Shown: piece after piece, positions 37,382 to 47,026 of the stretch
Layout: every line of letters begins with the position of its first letter
How positions within the stretch are numbered: the stretch's first letter is position 1
Assembly: GCA_043801965.1 (NCBI GenBank)
Contig: JAZDLN010000033.1
Span: forward strand, 5,113 to 69,112
Length of the DNA: 64,000 nucleotides
Source: Candidatus Falkowbacteria bacterium
GTDB taxonomy: Bacteria > Patescibacteriota > Patescibacteriia > Patescibacteriales > UBA12075
Direction: 5' to 3'
Notes under the pieces: model-generated
Told to the model about the DNA's origin: nothing
What the model saw: only the letters and a program-made list of their open reading frames with translations
Database searches by the model: none
Position numbers and translations under genes: made by a program

Positions 37382-39091
37382 ATGCTAACAAAAATCGGGC
37401 AATTTTTAAAAAGAAACGCATTGCTTATTTTTATTGTAGTAATGGGGATCACATACAGATCGTATGGAATATATTTTGATTTTCCGGCCGGAATAAACGC
37501 GATTTGGGATGAAACATACGGTATGGCCTACTTGATCGATTTGTTTCATTATAAAAATATTTTTTTAGCTAAAGGCTCATACCCTATTTTCCTGCCGATT
37601 ATTTACGCGCCCGTGTTGGCACTTAGACTTCTTTATTTAATGTTAATTAATGATTTGAATTCAGTTAAAGATTTATATGATTTTTTGATCGTAAACGGAA
37701 TGGGACACGTATACATAGTCGGTCGGTGGTTTGCGATTTTTTTTGGAGCGGTAACTATCCTGCTGGTTTATAAGACGGCCAAATTTATTTTTAAAAATCG
37801 AGTCAGCGGCTACTTAGCCGCTGCCGCTTATGCTGTCAGCCCGGCTTTAGTGGCGATGGCGCATTGGGGAAAGGTGCATACGGCCATGGTTTTTTTTATC
37901 TTACTTTCCCAGTACTTCGCCTTAATATACGAAGAGAATAAAAAAATAAAATTTTTTTATTTATCCGTTTTGGCATCGGCCTTATCAATCGGCGTGCACC
38001 AACTTGGGGTTACATCGATCATATTTCCTCTTGCCGCGTTAGCGTTTAATTGGCGAAAATTGAATATTAAAATCATAGGCAAGTCGTTTATGATAGCACT
38101 GTTTGCCATATTGTTTTTTTATTTGCCCAACATAAAAGGATTAGAGAATATGTTTGTTCGAGACACTGGCAGGATTGCTGATAATGGTTTTTTGGGGATG
38201 TACCCAACTCATGGTTTTGAACGCTTTACTTATATATGGCACGATTCCTTTTCCGTAGAATCTATTTTTGTTATTTTATTTATTGTAATTATGCTATTTC
38301 AAGGCCGAATGCTTTGGAAAAATATGCTTACGCGTTATATCTTGATCGGTTTGGCGTTCAATTATTTTTTGATGTCTACTGTTTTTGCCGCCCCCTCTGT
38401 TATTCGAATGATGTTGACTTTTCTTACTTTGGTAATAATTTTATCCGCAGGCTATTTCGCCTCATTTATTTATCGTCTTAGTATAAACAAAAAAATTATA
38501 CTGTTTATTTTTTTCATAATGCTTTTACCCGATATTTATTTTTCTTATAAATGGAATAGAATGCTCGACGCGTATACCAGAAATGAGACGGTCGAGTGGC
38601 TTAAGGAGAATCTAAAATCGGATGAAAACGTCTATTCTTTCGATCTTTATATTGATGCGCCTTTTTCATATGAAGCGGCTAAATGGCAGATAGAGAAAAA
38701 CGGTCTGACAGATTCAAAAAAAGTAAACTATATCCTTGCGCACAAAGAAGAGTACCGGGAAAAAGGAGTTAATTTAATGTACGATATGGGATTTAAAAGG
38801 CTTGAAGAGTTAGCTGGAGAGAACACAAAGTATTTGGTTTTTGCATATTGGGAATCCGGGGAGAGAGAGAAAAGATACGATATTCCGACAAAAGAAGGTA
38901 TTAATAAAGTAATCGGCGAAGTGGAAAAGCATCATGAATTAAGGTTGGCTAAAACGTTTTATCCTACCGATAATAAGTCCTTGATTCAAAGCGGTGTTGA
39001 TGATTATCTGAATAATCCTATAAATCTTTTACCTTTAATTTATTTAGATAAATGCGGGCCCACGGTTGAGGTGTATGAGGTTATTAATTAG
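37382..39091 (+). CDS. GT-C fold glycosyltransferase (ArnT/PMT-like, polyprenol-P-sugar dependent)
   Basis: 569 aa with about 11 TM helices. The first loop has an acidic motif (AIWDETYG) and the C-terminal domain is soluble. It follows two GT2 polyprenol-P-sugar synthase-like genes. Confidence 0.65.
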   Translation: MLTKIGQFLKRNALLIFIVVMGITYRSYGIYFDFPAGINAIWDETYGMAYLIDLFHYKNIFLAKGSYPIFLPIIYAPVLALRLLYLMLINDLNSVKDLYDFLIVNGMGHVYIVGRWFAIFFGAVTILLVYKTAKFIFKNRVSGYLAAAAYAVSPALVAMAHWGKVHTAMVFFILLSQYFALIYEENKKIKFFYLSVLASALSIGVHQLGVTSIIFPLAALAFNWRKLNIKIIGKSFMIALFAILFFYLPNIKGLENMFVRDTGRIADNGFLGMYPTHGFERFTYIWHDSFSVESIFVILFIVIMLFQGRMLWKNMLTRYILIGLAFNYFLMSTVFAAPSVIRMMLTFLTLVIILSAGYFASFIYRLSINKKIILFIFFIMLLPDIYFSYKWNRMLDAYTRNETVEWLKENLKSDENVYSFDLYIDAPFSYEAAKWQIEKNGLTDSKKVNYILAHKEEYREKGVNLMYDMGFKRLEELAGENTKYLVFAYWESGEREKRYDIPTKEGINKVIGEVEKHHELRLAKTFYPTDNKSLIQSGVDDYLNNPINLLPLIYLDKCGPTVEVYEVIN

Positions 39092-39102
39092 TAATATAAA
39101 TT

Positions 39103-40980
39103 ATGTGCGGAATCGCCGGCTTTTTCGGCCAGGGAGATAAAAACGATCTCGAAAGAATGACTCGGACTATGAATTACCGTGGCCCGAATGATGAAGGTTT
39201 TTTTATGGGCGACAATGTCGGTTTAGGGCAAAGACGGTTATCGATTATTGATCTTAGTCCGGGCGGGCATCAACCTTTGGCTAACGAGGATGAGTCGCTT
39301 TGGATTATTCTGAACGGTGAGATCTATAATTATCTGGAATTGAAAAAAAGTCTTTCTGACAGTCATCGGTTCAGGGGAAATTCCGATACGGAGATAATTC
39401 TCCATCTTTACGAGGAGGTCGGTTTGAAAGTTTTTGAAAAATTGAACGGGATGTTCGCGCTTGCCATTTATGACAGCCGGGAAAGCAGAGTAATCTTGGC
39501 CCGCGACCGATTGGGCAAGAAACCGCTTTACTGGGGCATATTCGACAACACTCTGATTTTCGGTTCGGAACCTAAGGCTTTGCTGGGGCATTCGGCCTGC
39601 AAAAAAGAATTGGACCTGGAATCTTTGAATAAATATCTGCAGTTCGGTTATATCCCTACTCCGTATTCGATTTATAAGAATATCCGCAAACTGGAACCGG
39701 CCAGTTACCTGGTTTATAGCGGCAAAAACGTCGAGAAAAATATTTTTTGGGAAATCAGCTTCGGGGCGGAGGGCACGGAGCGCGTGAAACACGACGAACA
39801 GGATGTAATAGCTGAACTGGATAATAGGCTAGACAGCGCAGTAAGGGATAGGCTCATGAGCGATGTTCCCCTGGGGATATTCTTAAGCGGTGGGATCGAT
39901 TCGAGTACGATAGCCTACTACGCCCAAAAAAATTCTGATCAAAAGATTAAAACTTTTTCTATCGGATTCAAGGAAGCCAGCTTTGATGAATCGCAGTATG
40001 CCCGGCGGGCCGCGGAGCATTTAGGTACGGATCATTACGAAAAGATCCTCGGGGCCGATGATTGTCTTGGTCTGATTTTGCGGATTGCCGGACTTTTGGA
40101 CGAGCCTATGGCCGATCCTTCGATCATTCCGACTTTTTTGTTATCGGAATTCACGCGCGAACGCGTAACAGTGGCTTTGGGCGGCGACGGCGGGGACGAA
40201 CTTTTCTGCGGCTATGATACGTTCGTCGCGCACCGGTTCGCAGAAATTTACAGCCGGATACCGCTAGTATTTAGAAAAGCGCTAATCGAGCCGTTAGTCA
40301 AAAGCCTGCCGACCTCATTTTCCAATCTCAGTCTGGATTTCAAGGCTAAGAGTTTTATTAAAGGTTTTTACGGCGAAGCTAAATATCGCGACGCGCGCTG
40401 GATGGGCGCTTTCAATCGCGCCGAGCGCTCCCTTTTACTAAATCCGGATATTTTGGCCGGTCTGGAAACGGTTAACGAGTTTGCTGATATTGATCATTAT
40501 CTTGTCGGTAAAGAGGATGATTATTATAACAGCTTGATCAAGCTTTATCTCCGGATGTACATGATGGACCAGGTGTTAGTTAAGGTGGACCGGGCCAGCA
40601 TGTACAACGGTCTGGAGGTGCGCGCGCCGTTTTTGGATTACCAGTTGGTCGATTACGTCAATTCTTTGCCGCTTAATTTAAAGCTGCGCGGCTTTAAAAC
40701 CAAGTATATACTAAAAAAACTAATGGAAGACAAATTGCCGCGCGCGATTGTTTACCGTAAAAAGAAGGGCTTCGGCCTACCGGTCGCCGCCTGGATATCC
40801 GGCCCGCTTAAATCATTGGTTCTCAATCTGTTTAGCGAAGAGAAGATCAAGAATCAGGGGCTATTCAACTATAAATACGTCAATAAAATATTAAACAATC
40901 ATTTTTCACGAAAGTGCGATAATCGATTGAAGATTTGGAATTTGATGGTATTCCAGCTTTGGTATGAAAAATGGCTGTGA
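39103..40980 (+). CDS. asparagine synthase (glutamine-hydrolysing)-like amidotransferase
   Basis: 625 aa. It has the N-terminal nucleophile MCGIAGF and the PP-loop FLSGGIDSST. Confidence 0.9.
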   Translation: MCGIAGFFGQGDKNDLERMTRTMNYRGPNDEGFFMGDNVGLGQRRLSIIDLSPGGHQPLANEDESLWIILNGEIYNYLELKKSLSDSHRFRGNSDTEIILHLYEEVGLKVFEKLNGMFALAIYDSRESRVILARDRLGKKPLYWGIFDNTLIFGSEPKALLGHSACKKELDLESLNKYLQFGYIPTPYSIYKNIRKLEPASYLVYSGKNVEKNIFWEISFGAEGTERVKHDEQDVIAELDNRLDSAVRDRLMSDVPLGIFLSGGIDSSTIAYYAQKNSDQKIKTFSIGFKEASFDESQYARRAAEHLGTDHYEKILGADDCLGLILRIAGLLDEPMADPSIIPTFLLSEFTRERVTVALGGDGGDELFCGYDTFVAHRFAEIYSRIPLVFRKALIEPLVKSLPTSFSNLSLDFKAKSFIKGFYGEAKYRDARWMGAFNRAERSLLLNPDILAGLETVNEFADIDHYLVGKEDDYYNSLIKLYLRMYMMDQVLVKVDRASMYNGLEVRAPFLDYQLVDYVNSLPLNLKLRGFKTKYILKKLMEDKLPRAIVYRKKKGFGLPVAAWISGPLKSLVLNLFSEEKIKNQGLFNYKYVNKILNNHFSRKCDNRLKIWNLMVFQLWYEKWL

Positions 40981-41012
40981 TTGCGGTTTGTGCCGCTGTT
41001 AAATAATTTTTT

Positions 41013-42440
41013 ATGAAAATACTTTTAATTTATCCTCCCTCGATCAATAAAATACAGACTCCCGTTCCGGAAGCTGTAAACAGTGTTGTCGGTTTTTATC
41101 CTCCCTTGGGCTTGCTTTGTGTTGCCGGTTATGTCCGGGCTCATAGCGATTTCGGGGTAAAAGTATTGGATGCCCAAGTCGAACGGTTGGATTATGACGG
41201 TATTGCGGAGATTTTAGCGAAAGAACGTCCTGATGTTGTCGGAATCCAGACAATGACGCACACTCTCGTGGACGCCTTAAAAACCGCCGAGGTTACAAAA
41301 AGGATAGATTCAAAATGCCATGTATGTCTGGGCGGTAACCATGTGGAAATATACCCCTTAGAAACTATACAATTGCCAAATGTTGATTCGGCAGTGATTG
41401 GGGAGGGGGAAATTAAATTTCTTAAACTTTGCCAGGCGCTTGCAGCCGATAAGAGTCTTGAGGGGATTCCGGGCGTGATAGCCAGGAATAACGGAAAGAT
41501 TATAAATAATGGTCCGGGGATCCATATCGATAATATTGATGATTTGAATTTTCCAGCCCGCGATTTAGTCCCCTTTAAAAAGTACCAAGGCATAATGGAT
41601 GCTGGAAAAATCATTACCACGCTTATCTCAAGTCGTGGTTGCCCCAATCAATGTGCGTTTTGTTCCGAGGTCGGAACCAGATTCCGGTGGCGTAACGCGA
41701 AAAGTATAGCGGACGAGATCGAAGAATGCCAATCTTTGGGTATTAATGTTTTTTTCTTCTTTGATGATACCTTTAACGCTTACCCGAAACACGCGGTTGA
41801 CGTATGTCAGGAAATCATAAACCGGAAATTAAAAATAGAATTTGATGTGCGGGCAAGAGTAAATAATATAAATGAAGAGTTGTTAATGGCGTTGAAAGCT
41901 GCCGGATGCCGGCGGATTCAATTTGGAGTTGAATCCGGATGCCAGAAGGTTTTACGGGAGCTAAAGAAAAATATTACGCTTGAACAGGTGTCTCAGGCTT
42001 TCGCTATGGCTAAAAAATACCGGTTCGTCACTTACGCTGATTTTATGATCGGTAATCCTGGAGAGGGGCGGGAAGAACTGATGCAGACTTTTGCATTCGC
42101 CAAAGAAATTGACCCGGATTATGTTCAATATTCGGTCTTTACCCCGTACCCAAACACCGCGCTTTATCGGCGGGGCATCAAAGAGGGTTTATTCGGTGAT
42201 TTTTGGCTGGAATACGCTAAGAATCCGACTAACAATTTTATGCCACGGTTATGGGAGGAATATTTTACCAAAGAAGAATTGAATTATTGGATTTCTTTCG
42301 CTTATAAAGATTTTTATCTGCGGCCCAAGTATATTTTAAAGAGTTTGTTTAAAATAGAGTCTTTCCGTGATTTATTAAATAAGATCAATGCTGCCATTAA
42401 GCTTATTTTTATTAAAGGCTTAAAAAATAGCAAAAAATAA
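41013..42440 (+). CDS. B12-binding-domain radical SAM enzyme (class B)
   Basis: 475 aa. It has an N-terminal Rossmann-like B12-binding region and the CxxxCxxC motif SSRGCPNQCAFCSE. Confidence 0.85.
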   Translation: MKILLIYPPSINKIQTPVPEAVNSVVGFYPPLGLLCVAGYVRAHSDFGVKVLDAQVERLDYDGIAEILAKERPDVVGIQTMTHTLVDALKTAEVTKRIDSKCHVCLGGNHVEIYPLETIQLPNVDSAVIGEGEIKFLKLCQALAADKSLEGIPGVIARNNGKIINNGPGIHIDNIDDLNFPARDLVPFKKYQGIMDAGKIITTLISSRGCPNQCAFCSEVGTRFRWRNAKSIADEIEECQSLGINVFFFFDDTFNAYPKHAVDVCQEIINRKLKIEFDVRARVNNINEELLMALKAAGCRRIQFGVESGCQKVLRELKKNITLEQVSQAFAMAKKYRFVTYADFMIGNPGEGREELMQTFAFAKEIDPDYVQYSVFTPYPNTALYRRGIKEGLFGDFWLEYAKNPTNNFMPRLWEEYFTKEELNYWISFAYKDFYLRPKYILKSLFKIESFRDLLNKINAAIKLIFIKGLKNSKK

Positions 42441-42466
42441 TTAGAGCCTTGGTTAGCTACAAAAAT

Positions 42467-43048
42467 ATGTATAATGATTTGAAAAAATTAAACCTTGGTT
42501 CCGGAGAGGATAAAAAAGAAGGATATGTAAATATGGACTGGAATGAATTAACAAAACCGGACATTAAACATGACCTGAGTGAACCGCCTTATCCTTTTAC
42601 TGACGGCTATTTCGATATGATCGAGGCCAACCATATCCTTGAGCACCTAGATAATCCGTTCGTGATTATGAAAGAACTACACCGTCTTTTGAAGCCGGGC
42701 GGTCGGCTGATTGTCCGCGTGCCACATTTCAGCCGTGGCATGACCCACGCTGAACATAAACACGGTTTTGATGTTACTTTCCCGTTGTATTTTGAGAAAA
42801 AAACCGCGGAGTCTGGGTTTTCCGGATATTTTGGTGTTAATTATAAACTGGTTAAACTGGAACTGCATTGGATGAAGTTTTTTAAGGCGCTCGAAGGAAT
42901 GGGTTATGGAAAACTGACTATGAGCATATTACGTTTTCTAAATATTATAATTTCTTCATTGGCCAACCTAAGCCCTAATTTTTGCAGCCGTATTTGGTGT
43001 TTCTGGGTGGGAGGATTTGAGGAGGTCGAATTCATTTTTACTAAGTAA
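42467..43048 (+). CDS. class I SAM methyltransferase (Methyltransf_11-like)
   Basis: LNLGSGEDKKEGYVNMD, FDMIEANHILEHL and PGGRLIVRVP. The track starts at TTG 42449; an in-frame ATG lies at 42467. Confidence 0.65.
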   Translation: MYNDLKKLNLGSGEDKKEGYVNMDWNELTKPDIKHDLSEPPYPFTDGYFDMIEANHILEHLDNPFVIMKELHRLLKPGGRLIVRVPHFSRGMTHAEHKHGFDVTFPLYFEKKTAESGFSGYFGVNYKLVKLELHWMKFFKALEGMGYGKLTMSILRFLNIIISSLANLSPNFCSRIWCFWVGGFEEVEFIFTK

Positions 43049-43069
43049 TACTCCCGCTTGACAACCCTC

Positions 43070-43098
43070 TTGACTTTTTTTGGGGGGGGTAATATACT
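43070..43098 (+). promoter_or_regulatory. possible promoter whose 17-nt spacer consists largely of a T6-G8 homopolymer pair
   Basis: TTGACT (43070-43075), then the spacer ttttttggggggggtaa, then TATACT (43093-43098). The caveat is that a terminator-like hairpin follows only ~7 nt later. Confidence 0.3.
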
Positions 43099-43104
43099 TA
43101 TGTG

Positions 43105-43124
43105 AAGCCACGAAGGCTTTTTTT
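43105..43124 (+). terminator. short rho-independent terminator-like hairpin plus T7
   Basis: aagcc (43105-43109) pairs with ggctt (43115-43119), followed by a T-run to 43124. It is probably the terminator of the 31657-43048 operon. Confidence 0.5.
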
Positions 43125-43187
43125 GTTCTTTTAATTCATAACAAAAGGAGGTGTGTGGGTTAGGAATATTTTACGGTATGGAGTTTT

Positions 43188-44075
43188 GTGGTTTTCAACA
43201 AAGTATGCAAAGAAATGGAGGTAAGAGTGAGGGGAATTCGTATTTTGGCGGCAGCATTTTTAGCATTAGTTTTTATTTTTGCCGGCAACGTATCGGCCGA
43301 TGACGTTATCGTAGTGCAAAAATTTTACGCCGGTTCAGGCGATGGCAGGGTGTATAGAGTATATGAGTCATCATGGCAAGCCGCTCACGATGCCAGCTCT
43401 GGCAACGGCTGTCCTTATAATGAGAGTAATTCCGCATCGCCATTTTCATACAATGCCGCTTCTGGGTACTATGTGGGAAGATCGTTTTATCCGTTTGATA
43501 CGTATATTATCCCCGACGATGCCTCAATTGTGTCCTCATCAATTTATGTTTTTGTACCTGGTATAAACAATGACAAAAACGATTCGGTGGATGTCGTGCA
43601 GTCAACGTCGGCCAGCACATCTTCTTTGTCTAACTCGGATTATACCCAAACCGGAATAGTAAGCGGCGGCTCCTTAGCTATGACCGCAATGACAGCGGGG
43701 CAATATAACGAGTGGGCGCTTAATGAAACCGGCTTGGGCTGGATAAATAAAACCGGATATAGCAAACTGGCCATGCGCTGTGAAAGCGACCGCACCAATA
43801 CAGCGCCGACCTTCGGCACCCAGCCTGGCATAACCGTTTATTGGTCGGAGCAGAACGGAACGGACCAGGATCCGTATCTTCTAGTTACTTACGTTTGCGA
43901 TGAGAATGACGTGCCGGAAAGCGATGACATTATTTCTGTTACCAGCGCTTATCAAGCGGATTACAATGGCGATAGTTACATTGATTCGCAGGATATAATC
44001 GATTTAAAGAACGATCAAAACAAGGCCCTTGATATATGGATAAAATACATCTGGAATCCTGCGGCCGGTTTTTAG
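43188..44075 (+). CDS. secreted protein, unknown function, with a C-terminal dockerin/EF-hand-like Ca-binding segment
   Basis: The signal-peptide-like start is (M)EVRVRGIRILAAAFLALVFIFAGNVSA/DD. The C-terminus reads DYNGDSYIDSQDIIDLKND. The start is GTG 43188 or ATG 43215. Confidence 0.5.
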   Translation: MVFNKVCKEMEVRVRGIRILAAAFLALVFIFAGNVSADDVIVVQKFYAGSGDGRVYRVYESSWQAAHDASSGNGCPYNESNSASPFSYNAASGYYVGRSFYPFDTYIIPDDASIVSSSIYVFVPGINNDKNDSVDVVQSTSASTSSLSNSDYTQTGIVSGGSLAMTAMTAGQYNEWALNETGLGWINKTGYSKLAMRCESDRTNTAPTFGTQPGITVYWSEQNGTDQDPYLLVTYVCDENDVPESDDIISVTSAYQADYNGDSYIDSQDIIDLKNDQNKALDIWIKYIWNPAAGF

Positions 44076-44109
44076 CCCTCAAAATATAGTTCCAAAACAA
44101 TTCTACACG

Positions 44110-44133
44110 ACCGGACTTTTTAGTCCGGTTTTT
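44110..44133 (+). terminator. rho-independent terminator
   Basis: accggact (44110-44117) pairs with agtccggt (44122-44129), followed by a T-run. Confidence 0.8.
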
Positions 44134-44178
44134 AGTTAGAATAGTGCTTTTTTTTACATAATATTATATAATAAAAGC

Positions 44179-45951
44179 ATGATAGATAAATTTATTTACA
44201 AGATAAAAGCAAATTGGCACATCGTTATATTGGCGGCTATTTTCGGATTTTTAATCGTTTTTCCAACGATTTACACCATCCATTCGATCGGTTGGGAAAA
44301 TTTTAGAGGAATTTACCCGGTATTCAATAAAGACGAGGTTCACTATTTGGCTATGACCAAAGAGGTTGCGGACGGATACTCTGGTTTAGGCAACACATTT
44401 ATCGCGGAATATAAAGTAAGTCCTGGCATCCAATCATCTTTGGCCGAAATCATTTTGGCTAGTTGTTCGAAATTATTTCACGTTTCCGTTTCTTTGCTTT
44501 TCGTTATCAATGATTTTTTATCGCCATTTATCGGATTTATCCTGCTTTATATTTTTTTTCGCCGTACAGTCGGCCACGACAGGTTGGCTGTTTTTTTTAC
44601 GGCCCTGTTTTACCTTTTTTTTCTTTATACTTTCGGCCGCCCAATCAATCCGCAATTCAGCTTTATATTCCTGGCTATCGGCCTCATATTAATCGGGGAA
44701 ATTTTTAACGAAAATACGGCGCCCCCACGAAGGATCAAATATGCTCTGGGTTTGGGCGGAATTATTGGAATCCTGGTTTATATTTATCCGTATTTTTGGA
44801 CAGCGCTAGTAGTTTTATTTGTCGTTAATCTGCTTTTAGGCTGGTTTTTATTTCGCAGGATAAACAAATTGAAACCAGCCCTTTTTATGTTGCCGGTTTT
44901 TGCTATTCTGTCCGTTCCGTATATCATAAATAGCTTAAAAGCCGCCACTCACCCGTTTTACGCGGAAACGATCTTGCGTTTCGGTCTCCTTGATACCCAT
45001 TGGCCGGCCTGCTACGTAAATGCCGCCGTCGCTATCTTTACCCTGTTCATTTTATTTCTTTCAAAAAGATGTTTGCGCCGAAGCGATCTGTTTTTCGCCG
45101 CGTCTTTTCCGTTAAGCGCTCTGATTCTCAATTGGCAAAACGTCATCTCTGGGAAATACTTGCAGTTTTCCAGTCATTATTATCAGGTTACGATCCTGTC
45201 CGTCGTGATTTGTTTAGCGATAATATTGAGCCGGATTATCCCGAAAATGAAAAAGAGGGAAGAGAGGCGTGATTATAAAATATTCGTAATTTTAGGATTA
45301 ACGATTTTGCTTTTTGTTTTTATTGCTTATAGACAAAGAGGGGAGATCGTTAAAGGTTTTTACAATCCTTTTCCGGCCGGGCAGGTTGCGGAACTCCAGG
45401 AATTAGCGACGGTTTTCGACTGGCTTAATGAAAATACGGCGCCGGATTCGGTGGTAATGACCAACGATGACGATTTGGCTGGCTATCTGTCCGTTTATAC
45501 ATTGAATAATAATTATAACTTCGGTTATGCCGGTTATTATCTTATATCCGATGACGAAATCGAAGACCGGTGGATCCGACAGAATATTTTCAAGGATAAC
45601 GCCGTTGACAGTGAATACATATTTAATAACAACCGGGGTATCTGGCTTAATAAATTTATCGATAATTACCAGAACAGGACGGTCAGGGAAAAAATATTTA
45701 CTAAATTGACGGGCAAAAACGCAAAAAGCATAGAATATGTTCCTGGTTTTTATATCGACCGGGTGGAGAAAAAATATGAAGAAGTAAAAAAGCAAGAATT
45801 GCTGTCGGCGTTGAAAAAATATAAACTGGATTATATTATTCTGGATAAAGGTAATGGCAAATATGCGGCTATTGACGGGGAGCTGTCAAAATATGACGAG
45901 GTGGACAGAATTGCGGAGATCGGCGAGAGAGTTATTTATCAGATCAAATAA
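44179..45951 (+). CDS. large polytopic membrane protein with C-terminal soluble domain (possible GT-C-like glycosyltransferase or polymerase)
   Basis: 590 aa with about 11 TM helices followed by ~190 soluble residues. No diagnostic motif was recognised. Confidence 0.35.
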   Translation: MIDKFIYKIKANWHIVILAAIFGFLIVFPTIYTIHSIGWENFRGIYPVFNKDEVHYLAMTKEVADGYSGLGNTFIAEYKVSPGIQSSLAEIILASCSKLFHVSVSLLFVINDFLSPFIGFILLYIFFRRTVGHDRLAVFFTALFYLFFLYTFGRPINPQFSFIFLAIGLILIGEIFNENTAPPRRIKYALGLGGIIGILVYIYPYFWTALVVLFVVNLLLGWFLFRRINKLKPALFMLPVFAILSVPYIINSLKAATHPFYAETILRFGLLDTHWPACYVNAAVAIFTLFILFLSKRCLRRSDLFFAASFPLSALILNWQNVISGKYLQFSSHYYQVTILSVVICLAIILSRIIPKMKKREERRDYKIFVILGLTILLFVFIAYRQRGEIVKGFYNPFPAGQVAELQELATVFDWLNENTAPDSVVMTNDDDLAGYLSVYTLNNNYNFGYAGYYLISDDEIEDRWIRQNIFKDNAVDSEYIFNNNRGIWLNKFIDNYQNRTVREKIFTKLTGKNAKSIEYVPGFYIDRVEKKYEEVKKQELLSALKKYKLDYIILDKGNGKYAAIDGELSKYDEVDRIAEIGERVIYQIK

Positions 45952-45956
45952 CCAAT

Positions 45957-45998
45957 AAAAAACAACCATCGCGAAAAGTTGATTATGGTTGTTTTTTT
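45957..45998. terminator. bidirectional terminator between convergent genes
   Basis: aaaaaacaaccat (45957-45969) pairs with atggttgtttttt (45985-45997). A-run and T-run flanks serve both strands. Confidence 0.75.
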
Positions 45999-46014
45999 AT
46001 AATGTTGTTTCGGT

Positions 46015-47022
46015 TTAATTTTTTGGGGCGTGACTCAGTCTTTTTAAAATAAATTTCAATATTTTCATCTTGTCCAGTTCTTCATTGTTACTTAAAGGAG
46101 ATTGTCGGAATATTTTCCAGGTATTGCCATATCTTAAGTTCGCGTGACAAACCTCAAGCCAGCGGCCGGAGATTATTTTAATAAATGATTTTATTTCATA
46201 AACTTCGTTTTTACGGTTAGCATCGTCGAGTCTTATTAACCACTTTTCTTTTCTGGTGAGGTAATCTTCCAGGGTATATTCCGGGGGTTTAGATAAAACA
46301 CAGTGCAGAAACAATTCTTTTTCGCTCGGTTCCAGACCGAGTTTTTTCAGTTCTCTAACCCGGATTTGGTTAGCGTTTTTTCCCTGCGTGTCGGCGTGCT
46401 TGTTGCTGATATTGTCCCTAGTTATCCGGTAGAGAAGTAGAATCTCATTAAGGTTGGCGAATACTGTTATGGGCGAGATTCTGGTCCAAAACTCATAGTC
46501 TTCTGCATGAATAAAATCAGGGTTGAAACACAGCTTATGCTCCCTGAACAAGGAAGCACGGAAAATTACGCTTGGATGAGCCATCTGCGTATTAAAAAGA
46601 AAACCGGCCTTGATGTCGTCAGATTTTGTATAATATCTGTTTACGCCGGTCGATTCGCCGAAAGTTTTGACCCAGGTGCCGCAAACGCCGATCTTTGGGT
46701 TTTTATCCATGAAGGCGACTTGTTTTTCGAGGCGTTTGGGCAGACTTATATCGTCAGCGTCCATGCGTGCGATATATTCGCCCTGGGCCAGACTTATGCC
46801 TTTATTGAGAGTAGCGATCAGACGCAGGTTGGTTTCGTTTATTACCAGTCTTATTCTTTTGTCTTTATATGACTCTATTATTTCGCGGCTCAAGTCGGTC
46901 GATCCGTCGTCAATTATCAGAAGTTCAAAGTCTTTGAAGGTTTGTCCAAGAATACTATCTATAGCTTCATTTAGATATTTGGCCGCATTGTAAACCGGCA
47001 TCAGTACCGTGACTTTGGGCAT
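46015..47022 (-). CDS. GT2 family glycosyltransferase
   Basis: VTVLMPVYNAAKYL, IIDDGSTD and RMDADDIS. Confidence 0.85.
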   Translation of the reverse strand: MPKVTVLMPVYNAAKYLNEAIDSILGQTFKDFELLIIDDGSTDLSREIIESYKDKRIRLVINETNLRLIATLNKGISLAQGEYIARMDADDISLPKRLEKQVAFMDKNPKIGVCGTWVKTFGESTGVNRYYTKSDDIKAGFLFNTQMAHPSVIFRASLFREHKLCFNPDFIHAEDYEFWTRISPITVFANLNEILLLYRITRDNISNKHADTQGKNANQIRVRELKKLGLEPSEKELFLHCVLSKPPEYTLEDYLTRKEKWLIRLDDANRKNEVYEIKSFIKIISGRWLEVCHANLRYGNTWKIFRQSPLSNNEELDKMKILKFILKRLSHAPKN

Positions 47023-47026
47023 AAAA

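Noticed and set aside
39103-43048. AsnB-like, B12-radical SAM and methyltransferase genes as a RiPP (lasso- or proteusin-like) cluster.
   Set aside because: The AsnB homologue is full length with the glutaminase Cys1 and PP-loop, as in sugar amidotransferases. No precursor-peptide ORF, protease or exporter is present, and the neighbours are glycosyltransferases.
44167-44181. TATAAT ending only 6 nt before the ATG at 44179, suggesting a leaderless mRNA.
   Set aside because: A TATAAT-like hexamer is easily found by chance in this AT-rich spacer, and no convincing -35 is present. It cannot be supported without TSS data.
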